NCBI GenBank assembly: GCA_030704615.1
Contig: CM060731.1
Span: 39,618,001 to 39,682,000, forward strand
From: Takakia lepidozioides
Taxonomy: Eukaryota > Plantae > Bryophyta
Length of the DNA stretch: 64,000 nucleotides
Direction: 5' to 3'
Below the pieces are notes generated by a model. The model saw nothing but the letters and a program-made list of their open reading frames with translations. It was not told where the DNA came from and ran no database searches. The stretch's first letter is position 1. The number at the start of each line of letters is the position of its first letter. Both the position numbers and the translations under genes were made by a program. Below are positions 1 to 12,357 of this stretch, piece by piece.

Positions 1-480
1 CACTCTTACCTAGCTCTTGATTGACCAATTTGTTTGGATTTCTGGAAGGCCTAATTTGGAAGAATTCTACTTTGACCCAAAGAATGGTCTTGGTCCTCCT
101 CGTGATCATATGACCCCTTCTTTTTATATATCACTAAGAAAAAGCCTACACAGCTCTCATCAATGCTGAACCCCTATAGGCCGATAAGTGGAATCAAATG
201 GGTTTTTTATGGCTTCCAAATTGAAAACTGGAATGCGATCTGGGCTTCTATCAGCTAGCTCAAGGCTCCAGCTAAAATCTTAGTTTTTCTCTAGCAAATA
301 GCCCACAGAGTACTAAAAGTGGGCAAATGGATGGACTTTCAAGCTCTTCTTTGCAACTATTGCTATTGAAGAATGCTTGAATCAATAGAACACTGCCTAT
401 TCCATTATAATGCCCCGGCCAAAATCTCGGCCATTGAAAAAAATAGTTCTATCGTAAATGGGAAGCAAGGAACCTGTCAA
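1..480 (+). mobile_element. Decayed L1-type LINE 3' fragment (zf-RVT domain)
   Basis: Translation near 225-415 reads WNAIWASIS*LKAPAKILVFL*QIAHRVLKVGKW...CNYCY*RMLESIEHCLFH, the zf-RVT pattern with stops. Confidence 0.65.
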
Positions 481-1019
481 CAATTGAGCTGCTCCTTAAC
501 TACAACCAAAACACCAAAACGTAAATCAATTTGCCCAGTATTGAGTGATTTTAGAATTTGATTCAGTGTTAGATGGAATCAGTCACATTAACAGCCACGA
601 CACTGAACATTGAAGGAGTGCCGCCGCAGTTATGATGTATAACAACCAACACTACCAGGGACCTTGCGGCAACGTCGATGGGGGAACACTTGTATTTACG
701 AGGCAGAACAAAAAAGAATATTAGACTGGTATGGTTGAAGTTAGGGTATTACTTTAGGATTTATTGGGGGCAATTTGTTCATAACCGGGGTAGTTCTCTT
801 GGTGGGGAAACATCCTCTCTCTGCAGTTCGACCCCAAAGACTGGAGATGGAAATTCGGCAACCGGCCAGTCCCCTTATTTGCTTACTGAGTACAAGGTCT
901 TTGATACCATTGCATATACTTGTGCACATACCATGCAATATCCTATACATTGGTACAACACTGGTATGTTCCTTGTTTTTTAAAGGTGGCTGGGTTGAAG
1001 GTCCATCCATTTCTCACAG

Positions 1020-1315
1020 TATTCACACTGTTTTTTCCTCTATATGGAATCTTCATAATGACACAACAAAGCAGATTTTGGAATTTTTCTTTGGGAGAAG
1101 ATGGCATGATACCTACCATAGAGTTGGAATATCATGGGGATTCTTTTTTTGTTTTTTATTTAAATTTTAAGGGGCTGATTCATATTGTTTTTCCGCAATA
1201 TGGAATCTTCATAATGACACAACAAAGCAGATTTTGGGATTTTTCTTTGGGAGAAGATGGCATGATACATGATACCTACCATAGAGTTGGAATATCATGG
1301 AGATCCTTTTTCTTT
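1020..1315. repeat. Tandem duplication of ~155 bp
   Basis: atatggaatcttcataatgacacaacaaagcagattttgg...gagttggaatatcatgg occurs at ~1042 and ~1198. Confidence 0.9.
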
Positions 1316-1454
1316 CTTTAAAAAAAAGAAAAGGGCTGAGCCAAATATCACGGGGATTCCTTGAGAAAAAATCATCAGGGCATGGTCAAACCATTTCCGG
1401 CACGAATTGGGGCAGGGCCAAATCAGTTTGGATCCTCACTCTCTCTGCACTTGA

Positions 1455-1640
1455 GCAGGTAGCCCCGTGGGTGGGTGTTTGTGCCTTGCCTGTGCATAAC
1501 CTAGGTGATCCTGGGTTCAATCCTTCAACATGTGCCTTCAGACCGTCCATTGGGCCCTCGATGGGTGTTGAGCAGTAGGCTCTGTAAATTCACTAGACCT
1601 TAAAGAAACTTTATCTTAGGAAGTTACAAGTTACATGTAT
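1455..1640 (+). mobile_element. Possible tRNA-derived SINE head
   Basis: Box A-like tagccccgtggg (~1460) and box B-like gggttcaatcc (~1513) at tRNA-like spacing; no complete cloverleaf. Confidence 0.35.
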
Positions 1641-2599
1641 GCTTCAAATTTCTGGATGAAAGGTGGTAGGTAGGTAGGGTAACAAAACTGGCCAGGGAGA
1701 AGAACATGTGGGAATTTAAAGCACCCTAAAAAGAAAAAGCTCTGCTCCCTAGAATTTTTCAAGGTGTGGAAATCCAGCGTTGTTGACATGCTCACGTGGT
1801 AGGCCAATTGAGCAATCTTGAAAACAACATCTAGGGCTCAAAATTTATGAGAATGCCAAATATTTTGGACAAGGCACTATGTCATGTTAATGTGCACTTA
1901 CTTACCAGAGGAATTAGAAAACAAATATCACCTCATTGGTGTACTTGGGTAAGAAGCCAAACCATGACAATTTATCCCCCAGATTTCACATACAAAGCAG
2001 CCTATCTCAGTTTTTGGAATTTTGGTCTGTTTTTTGGGGGAGAGAGTCCTTTGGGTGCAGACTATGGAGAACCTTTGCCTCAAAATTTTGACTCACACTT
2101 GAATTTAGTGCTCAAACTAAATTTGCCATGCTATCTTAAAATACATGTGTAAATTGGGTCAGATTATTTTGTTATAATCTCCCAAATGCAATGGTCAAAT
2201 TGCCTACACTTTGACAGGGCGTGGATGTAGTAGATATACACATAAGTATAAGGTTCGTCCCCATGGAGGATTGGGGGTTACAAAGTTACGCCCTTATCCA
2301 TGAGGGTATGCAATATGCACTATTTTTGGTGGGCCCACCAAAATAGTGCTCATGGTTTTAGGGCTAATAAGGGTCCATCAAAGAAATTTCCCTGAATTGG
2401 GATGAAGGATTTGTTGGTAGAAGGACATATATGATATTCCCTTTCTTGGGTTGGCCTCATCCTCTCTCTCTTTCTCTCTGGTAGCAGACAGAATCTCTGC
2501 TTCTATTCTGATGCTGCGTCATCTCACAAGCTCGGCTGTCGTCCAACCTCTAGGGATTCATAGCATAATTCCTTCGGTCTGGAATCATGTGAGTTGAGA

Positions 2600-3060
2600 A
2601 ACATTCCAAAGCCCGAGGCACTGCATCTTGCTGCGCGTCCCTGGGGGGTGAAATGTCAGATGACGAGGAGCAACAGCGCATGGAGTGTTTGAAGGATAAG
2701 GATTCAAGCCTGAGCTGACAATCATACGCTGCGGTCAGAAGATACTACACTGCATGAGCAAGAAAGAAGACATGAGCATGGGTGAAATGTCAGGGTGATG
2801 AGCAGCAATTACGCATTGAGAATGTGCAGTTGAAGGAGGAGCTGGATTGCGTTTCTGTGTTGACTGCAATATACCTCGGTAGACCTATCCGCGCAATGGC
2901 ACCTCTTAACTGTCCCAAGCTCTTCCCTGGATTTGCAACTTGGAGGGGGGCAGCATGCATGCAGCACCTGCTGAGATGGACATTGTGCAGGGTCCATCGG
3001 TTGCTGGTGTAGCGACTCGGCCAGGTGGGCTCACGGATGCAGAGAAGCTACAAATGGTAA
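2600..3060 (+). pseudogene. HD-Zip class IV gene fragment (zipper-loop-zipper and start of START region)
   Basis: GEMS..DEQQLRIENVQLKEELDCVSVLTAIYLGRPI and GGLTDAEKLQMV; frameshifted, GEMS segment present twice (2647, 2781), no homeodomain. Confidence 0.7.
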
Positions 3061-3446
3061 CTACATGGAAGGGTCTCCACTACCTTGTCTCCTATGGTAT
3101 GAGACTTTCGGGCAAGAAAGGTGCAGAGCAGTCCATCTATGAGGAACAGATGAAAAATACTAGTCACTGGAGATAGCCATGTTGCTCCCTGTCTTGAAGT
3201 GGTCAGCTCAAACTTCCTCCTCATAGAAGCCAGATTCTCATCCTTTCCCTCGACCATATTAGAAGCATGTGCTGTTTGAGCAAGCCATTGAAGCAGCTTT
3301 TGGTACCCTCAAAACGTGAGGGATGACTGAGTGACACCATATCATACAACGCTGATACTGTCCTTAACTATGACACGATGACAAACAGAGATTGATCTCC
3401 AAGGAGCATCCAGCCATGCAAGAGGGCAGAATTGAACTTCAGAACT

Positions 3447-6400
3447 TCAGCCTGTGGCCTCTGCTATGGAAAATTTTGCAATGAAAAACCCAATGGTGTC
3501 ATGGGGCCCTGAAGGGTCGAACCGTTGGACCATATGCTGTTCACCCTCCTTAAGCCAGCGCCTACACAAAAACATGGTTGGAAAAGCTTAGGAAAAACTA
3601 CCAAATCCAGACCTGGTGCTACAACATCTTGTGAGCATATGAGTTGATAATTACAAAAACCCAAGAAAAGGAGGGAAAAACATATATGTACATTTACCTG
3701 TAAGTTGATCCATCAAATACATCCTGGCCCCCCAGGAGGCCTGGCCCACCAATCCTTGGAAGCTACCCAACCCATCATTCCCTTAGAATTTTGAGAAGTG
3801 TTACAAACTACCTCCCCCCATCCCGACATGCAGAGCTCCCAGTTACACCTCCAATGATGTCCGGAGCAGAGAAAATGCATACTACTGCAAAGCACCAGGT
3901 GTCAAGCCAAAACTCCAGACCTCCATTAGAATGTAGAGAAGTGTTACAACCACCCCCACCAATTCCTACATGTACAACTTCAAGTTACAGCTCCAATGAT
4001 GTCCACAGCAGAGAAATCACAAACTATTACAAGGCACAAGGTGTCCTAGCAAAAGACAGCCTGCACAAGTCCTGTCCCTTGTCCAATTAAGCCAAAACTC
4101 CAAACCTGTACAATACAATCTTCCACATACCAAAGTGAACATTGAACACACCTGAGGCACAAGAGAAAGGAAAGGGTAGGTATCCAGAGCATAGCGCACA
4201 ACTCATTCATTCTCGCCTGGATTCATCGTACATCTGCACCACTGGTCTGAGGTCAACTTTACAACCAAGGAAGCAATCGATACTTGGATATAATCCAATG
4301 ACAACCCTTATGACAACAAGATAATCAAGCTTATGGAACAATAAGCAAGTGCTGTAGAAGGAGGACATATTCCAGTGAAACTGATAACCTAGCTTGAGAT
4401 GAAAGCCCTTGAAACTTAAGAAACAATGTGGAGACTGAAGGCCTACATTGTCCCTTGTGGAAGTAACATGTGGTGTGTTTGGTATGAAGTGCCCAACAGC
4501 TTGAATAGGTATGGCAATAGAATGTACTCATAAGGCGTTGGTGGCCATTGACCCCACGCTAGTTTGGGCGGAACACAAAGGGACAGAAACTACCTTTGTC
4601 AGGGGCTGACGCCGGTAGTATGTCTTACCTTGGAACAGACAATTAATCCGAGATTTCCAGATATCCTCTAGAAATCCCTGTGTGTGGTTAATCTGCTGTG
4701 TGTGGTTTGTCCAATAACTAGGCCCCTAAAGGGCCTGGGCTTTTGGCTCAGCCCCGAGACTTCAAAGTTGGTAAACAGAGATTCAGGCGCAATTCCCTCA
4801 CCAGAAAATGAATAGGGTCTTCAGGTTGCCCATACAACGGGCAATTGTTTTTTCGCACATAGGTAAGGTAAATAGTAACTACCATCCTTAGCCAGTAGCT
4901 TTGTCACAATTGAGATCATATTCTTTCCTCTGCATCTGTTTGCTGTTCAAAGGTAGGCTTCCCACCCTGAGGTTAAAATGGGTGGGTAAATCCTTGAGAT
5001 CATCCATGATGGCCTCTCCCATGTCACAGACTCGAAACAAGTTCAGGAAGGTTTTCTGCCTAACTTCATTTTCATCAGACAATTGCCTGGCAACAGACAT
5101 GGCTTTGGACACTACAGCATCTAAGTCAGATTTATCCAGCAGGGGCAAGACTTGCAGGCTTAGATTCAGATACTTGAGAATTCTTCTACTCTCTTCTGCC
5201 AGGACTTAGCCTGTTTGACAGGGCAATCCTGCTTCCAAGATATAGAGTCGATTAACTTAGGATATCTGATATTAGACATATCTTGCAGCTGACCCCACCA
5301 TCTGACCTTGAATTCATCTCGTTGGGAGCGTAAGGAAGGGATGCCAAACTCACCCCGAACAGCCACGTTGGCTGTTTTGGAGCATGCTGACATGCACTCC
5401 TTAAGCACCCCCACTTGAATGGATTCTAGAGACTTAGCCTGGTTGGAGTTAAAAACCCCGACTGCCTCTCTTGGCTTCCCCACTGCCACTTGAGATCACC
5501 TCCTCCCTCCCCTCGGTCGTTGAATGCCACCACTGGGCATTTACTGACGTTAGCGTCTAAGCCGCAAAGGTCAAAGTATCTCTTTGTGCAATCAATCAAC
5601 TCCCGGAGATTGGAAGGAGTCTCCCCTATGCCTGCTATGGTGGCATCGCCCACCCTTCACTCAAATCCCTCACTTTCCACATCCTAGGAGTTGATGATGA
5701 AAATTGAAGGCAGAGGGGAAACGGTAATCAATGAGCTACACCTAGTCTATGTCAAAGAACTAGACTTCTGTCCATTAACAGTGAACAAAAAGGTGTGGGG
5801 GTTATGGGAAACGGAGAGCAGGAAGTAGGAGTTAAGGGTAAGTAGGTAGGTGTATGTACTGAGGTACAAAGTGGTAAGGAGTGGAGTAGGTCAAGGAGGA
5901 AGGTTAGTTAGTTTTAGGGAGAAGTCTAGGAAGAACCTAGGACGAGATGTAGGAGTGGAGGTTTGGTTAAAGAGGTGTTAGTGGTCGTGTAGTTTAAAAG
6001 TAAGAAAAAGTTAGGGAGAAGTAGGGTAGTAGGTTTAGGAAGGTAAGAAGGTTAAAGAGGTGGTTAAAGGTAAAGGAGTTAAAGTTTTTGGTGGAGCATA
6101 CATGGACACTCTCCACTCTTTCCCTGATCCCAGTGGCCAGAGTGGGAGCCTGAGACCATTCTTCTACACGTGTCATAAGCCTTTTAACATCTGAGAAAAA
6201 GACAAAAGCGGGTTTCCCCTCTTGTTTTCTTTCCCTGTATAATCTGGCTTATCCACACAGACCCAGCTTGGCCTTCATGGAAACAACCTCTAAATTCCAG
6301 ATCAACCTCGAGACGAGTATTCATAACTATACAAAATATCTTGCCAACTGCATTGAGAAGCGTGATGCCTCGATAGTTCCCCCAGCTCGTCTTTGTCACC

Positions 6401-9400
6401 TTTATTGTATAGGTTGACAATGACCCCCTGTCGCCAGCGAAAAGGGATCATGTCAGTCCTCCAGATAAGGTTGAAGAGAAGTACAAGGGCCTCTATCATG
6501 GGGTCACCACCATGCTTGATAAGCTGTTGACTAATGCCATCAGGTTCCCACCAGCTGTATATCCATTTAAAATGCCTGAATTGCTTCCATATCTCAGAAG
6601 AACTAATGGGAGCGTTGTACCCCTTTGAAATATACTCCAGTTCATCAGGGCTGTCTTGAATCATAGGAACAATTTTCTCAACCATAAGAACCATAAGAAT
6701 CATTACCACCATAATGGTTTGAGTTTATTTCCCTATATAACTTGTCCCAATAGAATGTACTCATAAGACGACGTTTGCCGTAGCCTTGTGGCCATTGACC
6801 CATTGACCAATGTCCCAAAAGAGTTGAAGTTAGAGAGTGGGTGTTAGACATACTTACGTGGAATAGACAAGAGTGCCACCTGGTCGAACCAGTTGCACAG
6901 CCTGGTCCAACAACCTCCGCTGATAGTTCGCATGCTTTCTCAGACCCTCCAATGTCTCCTACAAACGGGCAATCAAATTGAATGTGTGAGATCAGGCATG
7001 AGAACTTCATATCAATTAAGTTGTGACATGGAGGCTGACATAATCAGCATCTGACGGAACTCAAAGGTGGTAGTGCTAAGGCTTTACAAACATATGACAG
7101 AAGGTGGAGCCATCACCTGTCCTGCAAATAAACGTGGCCGTAGACTAAGGCTGAGCAAGTGCACAGAAGGACCCGGTCAAAGCTCCCAGAAGCAAAGCTT
7201 GATGCATAGCAGACCTTTATCCACAGTAGGACCCTACAGACCCTGTTTTCAGTCTCCACGCCTCTTTCCGCGCCTGAGCCCTGCTTGCAGATGCTCCCTT
7301 GTCTTCGGGACCACTTTTTGATCCAGTGGTACCAGAAGAGACAGCCACAGCTTCATTTGGAATAGTTAACCTCTTCATGCTCTCCACCTCTGGTGCTAGT
7401 TCCGATGCTTGACCAGCATCTGAGGAACACAATGTTTGCAGGTGGTCACACTGTGCTCACTTAAAAGAGAGATGATAACTAGGCGGCCTAGTGAAGCAGC
7501 CAGCATCCATAGCTTACATTGGTACATTGTCGAGACCAACCTTTCAGATGGAACTCCCTCAGAGTTTCAGAAACTCCATCAGTTGACACATTTGACAGCT
7601 CCGCTGATGTAACTCCATTGTTAGTCCCGGCATGGATGTTGATTAGAGACACAGTGGATGATGCCATTGACTCCACATCAGAGGAGGGGCTCACATTGCC
7701 CTCACTTGCGGTGAAGTTGGTAAGAACAGACTTTAGAGCATCCAGCTTGATCGCTTGGATGCAAGTAAGCTTCATTTCCTTGGCTAAACGCACAATATCT
7801 AAGACCTGCTCATACCCACCCAACAAAAGCTGTCATTGCCCCAGAGACCATATAAAGAACCATTTAACTTACACTGATCTTGCTTAAGTTGAATGGCTGT
7901 CTCCCAGCGCAGCTATCCAGCTGAATGATAATTGAAATATCTCTACTGCTTAGTTTGATTGAAAACATATGCTGCACCTAGTCAGCACAAAATTTGACCA
8001 GACTAACATTTGTAAGAACTATCCTTGCCAAAAATAAATTTTCTTTACCTGGTCACACAACACATAGGAAAAGTGTGAGCAGAGTCTCTGTGTGCCCGCA
8101 CATGCAGCAACCAAAAAATTCAATTGTTATACCAGTTACCTTACTATGTGAGCGGTCCAGTGCTATGATTTCACCCTTGTCCTCCATGAGCATGGCAATT
8201 GCAGTTGTCTTACCCCCAGGTGCCGCACACATGTCCAAGATTCGTTCCCCTGGTTTAGGATCTGGCAACGAACACTTACAGTCAAAGAAAGCAGTGACAA
8301 TTACTTGGGTAAACATGAACTTTTCTCCTGCTCCCATTCCCACAAGCCCTGAGATCCCATAAGGATACCTAACATGTGGCCTGGTCCTTCTCTCTCCATC
8401 ATTCCTCCGTGTTTTCCTCTCTCTTCTATATTTCAGCACTTCATCAGACAACTTCCTGGCAACAGACATGAAAATGAAGTTAGGCAGAAAAGTTCCCTGA
8501 ACTTATTTCCAGTCTGTGACATGGGGGAGGCCATCAAGGATGACCTCAAGGGTCTACCACTCTCGGCACTAGACTGAAATTTAGACTCAGGGCGGGAAGC
8601 CTACCTTTGAACAGCAAACAGAAGCAGAGAGGAAAGGGAGAGTGCAATTGCCCGTTGTGTGGGCAACCTGAAGACAATATTTATTTTCTGATTCATTGTC
8701 CGGGGTTCTCTCACCAGAGAGATGCGTAAATCTATCAAGGGAATTGTGTACCTCCGTTTACTAACTTTGAAACTCTCGAGGCTGAGCCAAAAACCCAGGC
8801 CCTTTTAGGGCCTAGTTATTGGGCAAACCACACACGGCAGGTTGATGCTTGTGTAAAGGGATTTTTATATCTGGAAAACCCAGATCAATTGTTTATTCCA
8901 AGGTAAGTCTTACTACCGGCGTCAGCCCTGACAAAGGTAGGTTCTGTCCCTTTGTGTTCCGCTCAAACTGGGCGCGGGGTCAATGGCCACAAGGCTACGG
9001 CAAACAACGTCTTATGAGTACATTCTATATTTTAGCACTGATCTTGGGCCTGGCAACCTACCCACTGTAGGTCAAATTTTGCTGCTGCTTGAACAAAAAG
9101 CTACAAAACAGCTATCAAATGTTCCCTGAGAAAGCATGGCCTGAAACTAAACGCACCAAGTACGCGGGCAGCCACGATGCTTGGCAAGTTTTGCAGGAAA
9201 ATGTTCCCCTTCAGCAAGCCTGCCAGGAACATCCCAATTAGTGTGTTAGGTGAACAACTTCACAACTGCTTTCTATGCATTCACAATGGGAACAATGCAG
9301 GCAATACTAATGGACCAAAACACGGCTTGCATATGTAAATCCAGCCAATTTTCTCAGTGTTCCACAAAACTGAAGAACCACTACATATAAGCTTAGTCTT

Positions 9401-11731
9401 ACCAATATGCCATGGCCACAAGGCTACGGCAAACAACGTCTTATGAGTACATTCTTACCAATATGCTCACCAAAAGTGTCATCATATCACATTAAGTGTT
9501 TGACAGAAAGACATCTCCTAAATTGCAGATGTCAGATGACATACATCCAATGTAATAGACCGGAATTGTTGTTTGCAAAACATCCAGAACTTTAACAGAC
9601 CAATGCACCCAGAAAACAGAACGAGAGCTACCATGAAATGGAGGAAGGTCAAAAGTCCGCTCCACCATCTCAACCGCAACACCTTTAGTTTCTCTGAAGA
9701 CAGTTGATCTCGACATCATTGCTCGCCCTTTCCCTATGAACCATCCACTCCGTTCCCTGTCCTCAAACTCTGCACATTAATTCACTATAATTATAGTTAG
9801 TTCAGTGAAGAGTGAGCATTGCAGTGCTGCAGACGTATGCCAGCTGTAATGAAATTGAAACCGAGTGTTGCCACCTCCCTTCCCTCACCCCACCTTCCTT
9901 TTGACAGACAATTCTATTTAGTTAGTCTGGCTGCCCATTGCCAGTTGGTATTACAGCAATGTGAAGAAGTCTAGGTCTCAGAACAACAAAGAAAGTAATG
10001 ACACGATGGAAGAGAATTGATGCCATAATGGACAATGCTTCAGACTTCATTCCATCCGGCTTTTCCACTATTTCATATCTGTACCAAGTTGCTTACCAAC
10101 CTACTACACGGATATATACACAATTCATCATTTAAGCACAGTGACTTTATCATGTACCCTCCATTGGTTTCAAATGTCACTTAGAAGAAAATGACGTTCA
10201 ATCTACGACATGTTCAGAGGGCAAGCATCAAGGAGGGGAGAGAGCGAGAGAGAGAGAGAGGATACTTGCGTGACTTGGCATGAAGAGAAGACAAAGTGGT
10301 GCCCCGGGTTACGCCTACACCCCACCCTCCTAGCCCGTCTGGCCTTTCCACAGCCACAGACACAGCCACGGTCTCCCCTTTCTCCACATGCCCACTACAA
10401 GCCAGAACTCCAGGTACAAACACCTGAAAACAGAGGTAGGAGAAAGAGGGATAATGAGTTGGTTGCAAGGATTAATCCGGTGAAGCTGCCAACATGACTA
10501 CTGCCCAAGCCCCCTACCATTTAGATCAAATTATACTGATCCTGCCCGAAGGCATGGAGCCTAATCCCATAGCAAAGCTACATTTTGTGCTAAGTTGATA
10601 CTTTTGTGGAAAGGATGCCTTTTACAAGATGGTTTCTGCCACATGTGTGTGTTTTCCTTGCTGGTACTTCATTATTATACGGGATAACACATCCATGACG
10701 CTAATTCGTATCAACAAGTCTGAGGTCCACATACATGGGCACCGCGCAGCACTGCTTCCGCACACTTGCGGCTCACAACCACTTCCTTTAGGATTTCTCC
10801 ATCTCCATCCAGATCCTTGTAATCAATCTCACAAGGACCCCGCCCTCTCACCATTATGACATCATCCAAGAGTTCATGCTCATAGCACCTGTAAGGACTT
10901 CGCTGAGCATATTCATCTTCTTCGATGGCAGAAACCTCGGGCTCTATGTCTTGGGAGGTCACCATAACCTGTGAAACAACCATCCGACTTCTGCATGCAG
11001 TTTCCTCAGCCTGAGCAGTCACAGTCTTGGTAAGACCTTCTGACTTTCCGCATGCAATTTCTCCCTTCAGCTCCACCCCAGTCAGGTCTGTGTCCCCAAG
11101 AAAATGTCGCTTCAGTTGCGATAGCACCTCCTTGGTGGTTGTTTGTAGACAATTCACACGGACACATGAAAAAATGGAAGGGCGGCTGTAGATACACCAC
11201 CAGCATACCAAATTGCAAATGCTGTTAGGAAATTCCCCAGCATCCAATTTCAAACCATCAATGCAGCAGGCGTACCTCAATAATTCTATGTCCACAGCCA
11301 TCACTAGAGCGGTGATTATTTACGGCGTCGGTCAGTTTGTAACATGAATCATTGATCTTGTTGAAATGTCCGGTTCCTAGGTAGCCTGATTCATGTTGGA
11401 AGAGAGTAATTTAAAACATAAATCTGGTGGACAGATTGAGAGAGAAGTACGAGAATTCACAGCCAAGATGCTTGAGGAAGGAGGATCAGATAGGACAGGG
11501 CGCCAGGGTATTCATCCGATCGCCATTGAGAAACCCTAACTTGTGCATGCGTTTGAGAAAGAGAGAGAAACTAGTAGACACTCACGTGAGAGCGCTGCAT
11601 ATCTCCGCAAAATGCTCCCGGCCATAAGCTTTGCTAAGATACTCATAAACTCCCGCATTCCACTCCAGTCTTGGTCGATACGATGCGTCCACCACGTCCC
11701 CCATTGCGCCAAGCGCATGCTCACCAGCCAT
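3447..11731 (-). CDS. NSUN6: NSUN6-like NOL1/NOP2/Sun m5C RNA methyltransferase with PUA domain; frameshifts and an in-frame stop (pseudogene or assembly error)
   Basis: Exons ~11731-11586 (YRPRLEWNAGVYEYLSKAYGREHF), 11185-10735 (RPSIFSCVRVN; KCAEAVLRGAH), 10423-10270, 9769-9633, 9219-9157 (FLQNLPSIVAA), 8261-8140 (ILDMCAAPGGKT), 7805-7541, 7419-7117 (SFDRVLL..CSA..RPRLF), 6958-6858 (GGTLVYST), 4233-4152 (CTMNPGENE*VVRYAL), 3762-3698, 3561-3447 (DTIGFFIAKF). Confidence 0.9.
4517..6740 (-). mobile_element. RTE/RTEX-like LINE, decayed, in NSUN6 intron
   Basis: RT motifs PDGISQQLIKHGG, WRQGVIVNLYNKGD, NYRGITLLNAVGKIF, FLDV; C-terminal FNLRVGSLPL; 3' end ...ttatgagtacattcta at 4517. Confidence 0.85.
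6751..6810 (-). mobile_element. ~60-bp 3' terminal fragment of the same LINE with 8-bp TSD
   Basis: ggtcaatggccacaaggctacggcaaacgtcgtcttatgagtacattcta flanked on + strand by tgtcccaa at ~6743 and ~6811. Confidence 0.8.
8441..9026 (+). mobile_element. 5'-truncated, 5'-inverted copy of the same LINE with ~16-bp TSD
   Basis: Reverse-complement match to ~4517-5100; flanks tctatatttcagcact / tctatattttagcact; first ~29 bp inverted. Confidence 0.88.
9410..9455 (+). mobile_element. ~45-bp 3' terminal fragment of the same LINE with 12-13-bp TSD
   Basis: cttaccaatatgc-catggccacaaggctacggcaaacaacgtcttatgagtacatt-cttaccaatatgc. Confidence 0.88.
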
Positions 11732-11945
11732 TTGCACCCCTGGAATTCCCCAAATTCCTCGTCATCGCTAGTCCTCTAAACCCTTGCAAGAGTGAGCAAG
11801 CAAAACTCCATTTCCATCTTCTCAACTAAATATTTCTACCATCCCCAATACCTCAGATCCATCATCCCCAAAACATCGACACCGATGCAGGAATGCCGAA
11901 AGAGTGGCGTGAAATTTTTGCCGCTTCCTCCCACGTCTTCAGCTC

Positions 11946-12357
11946 AGGTTTAGGGTTTAGTTCCCCATTCATCAATCGGAATTGGCGAAAATCGAAGCAT
12001 TCATTTCCGCACGAGCCGAGATGGCGAAACCGGTGGCGAAAGCAGAAATGGGACACTTGCGAACCCATTGTGTGTTCACAGTTCGGAGGCACAAAATTTT
12101 TTTTCGAAATTTGGAAAACAGCTCGAGTGGCTACAGAGTTTTGCAAAAATGTACACGTACATTCTGTTCATCCATTTAAATTAGGATATAATCATCCATT
12201 TCCGTACTTTAGTCCATGCATATCATCCATATTAGGAGAATTCATCCAAAATTTATTTTTTATTTGGAGAAGTTTGGCGATTTCATCCATGAAAACAGGG
12301 AATTCCGATAGAATATTCTATTTATATTTTGAGGTCGCCCTAAACCCTAAACCCTAG
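11946..12357. promoter_or_regulatory. Telo-box / short plant telomeric repeats upstream of NSUN6
   Basis: aggtttagggtttag at ~11946 and ccctaaaccctaaaccctag at ~12338. Confidence 0.45.

Noticed and set aside
4203-4205. In-frame TGA as selenocysteine or readthrough
   Set aside because: The position is not a cysteine in homologues, land plants lack Sec machinery, and the gene has other lesions
11893-12357. 154-aa ORF
   Set aside because: No recognisable domain; lies in the NSUN6 promoter region and is probably spurious
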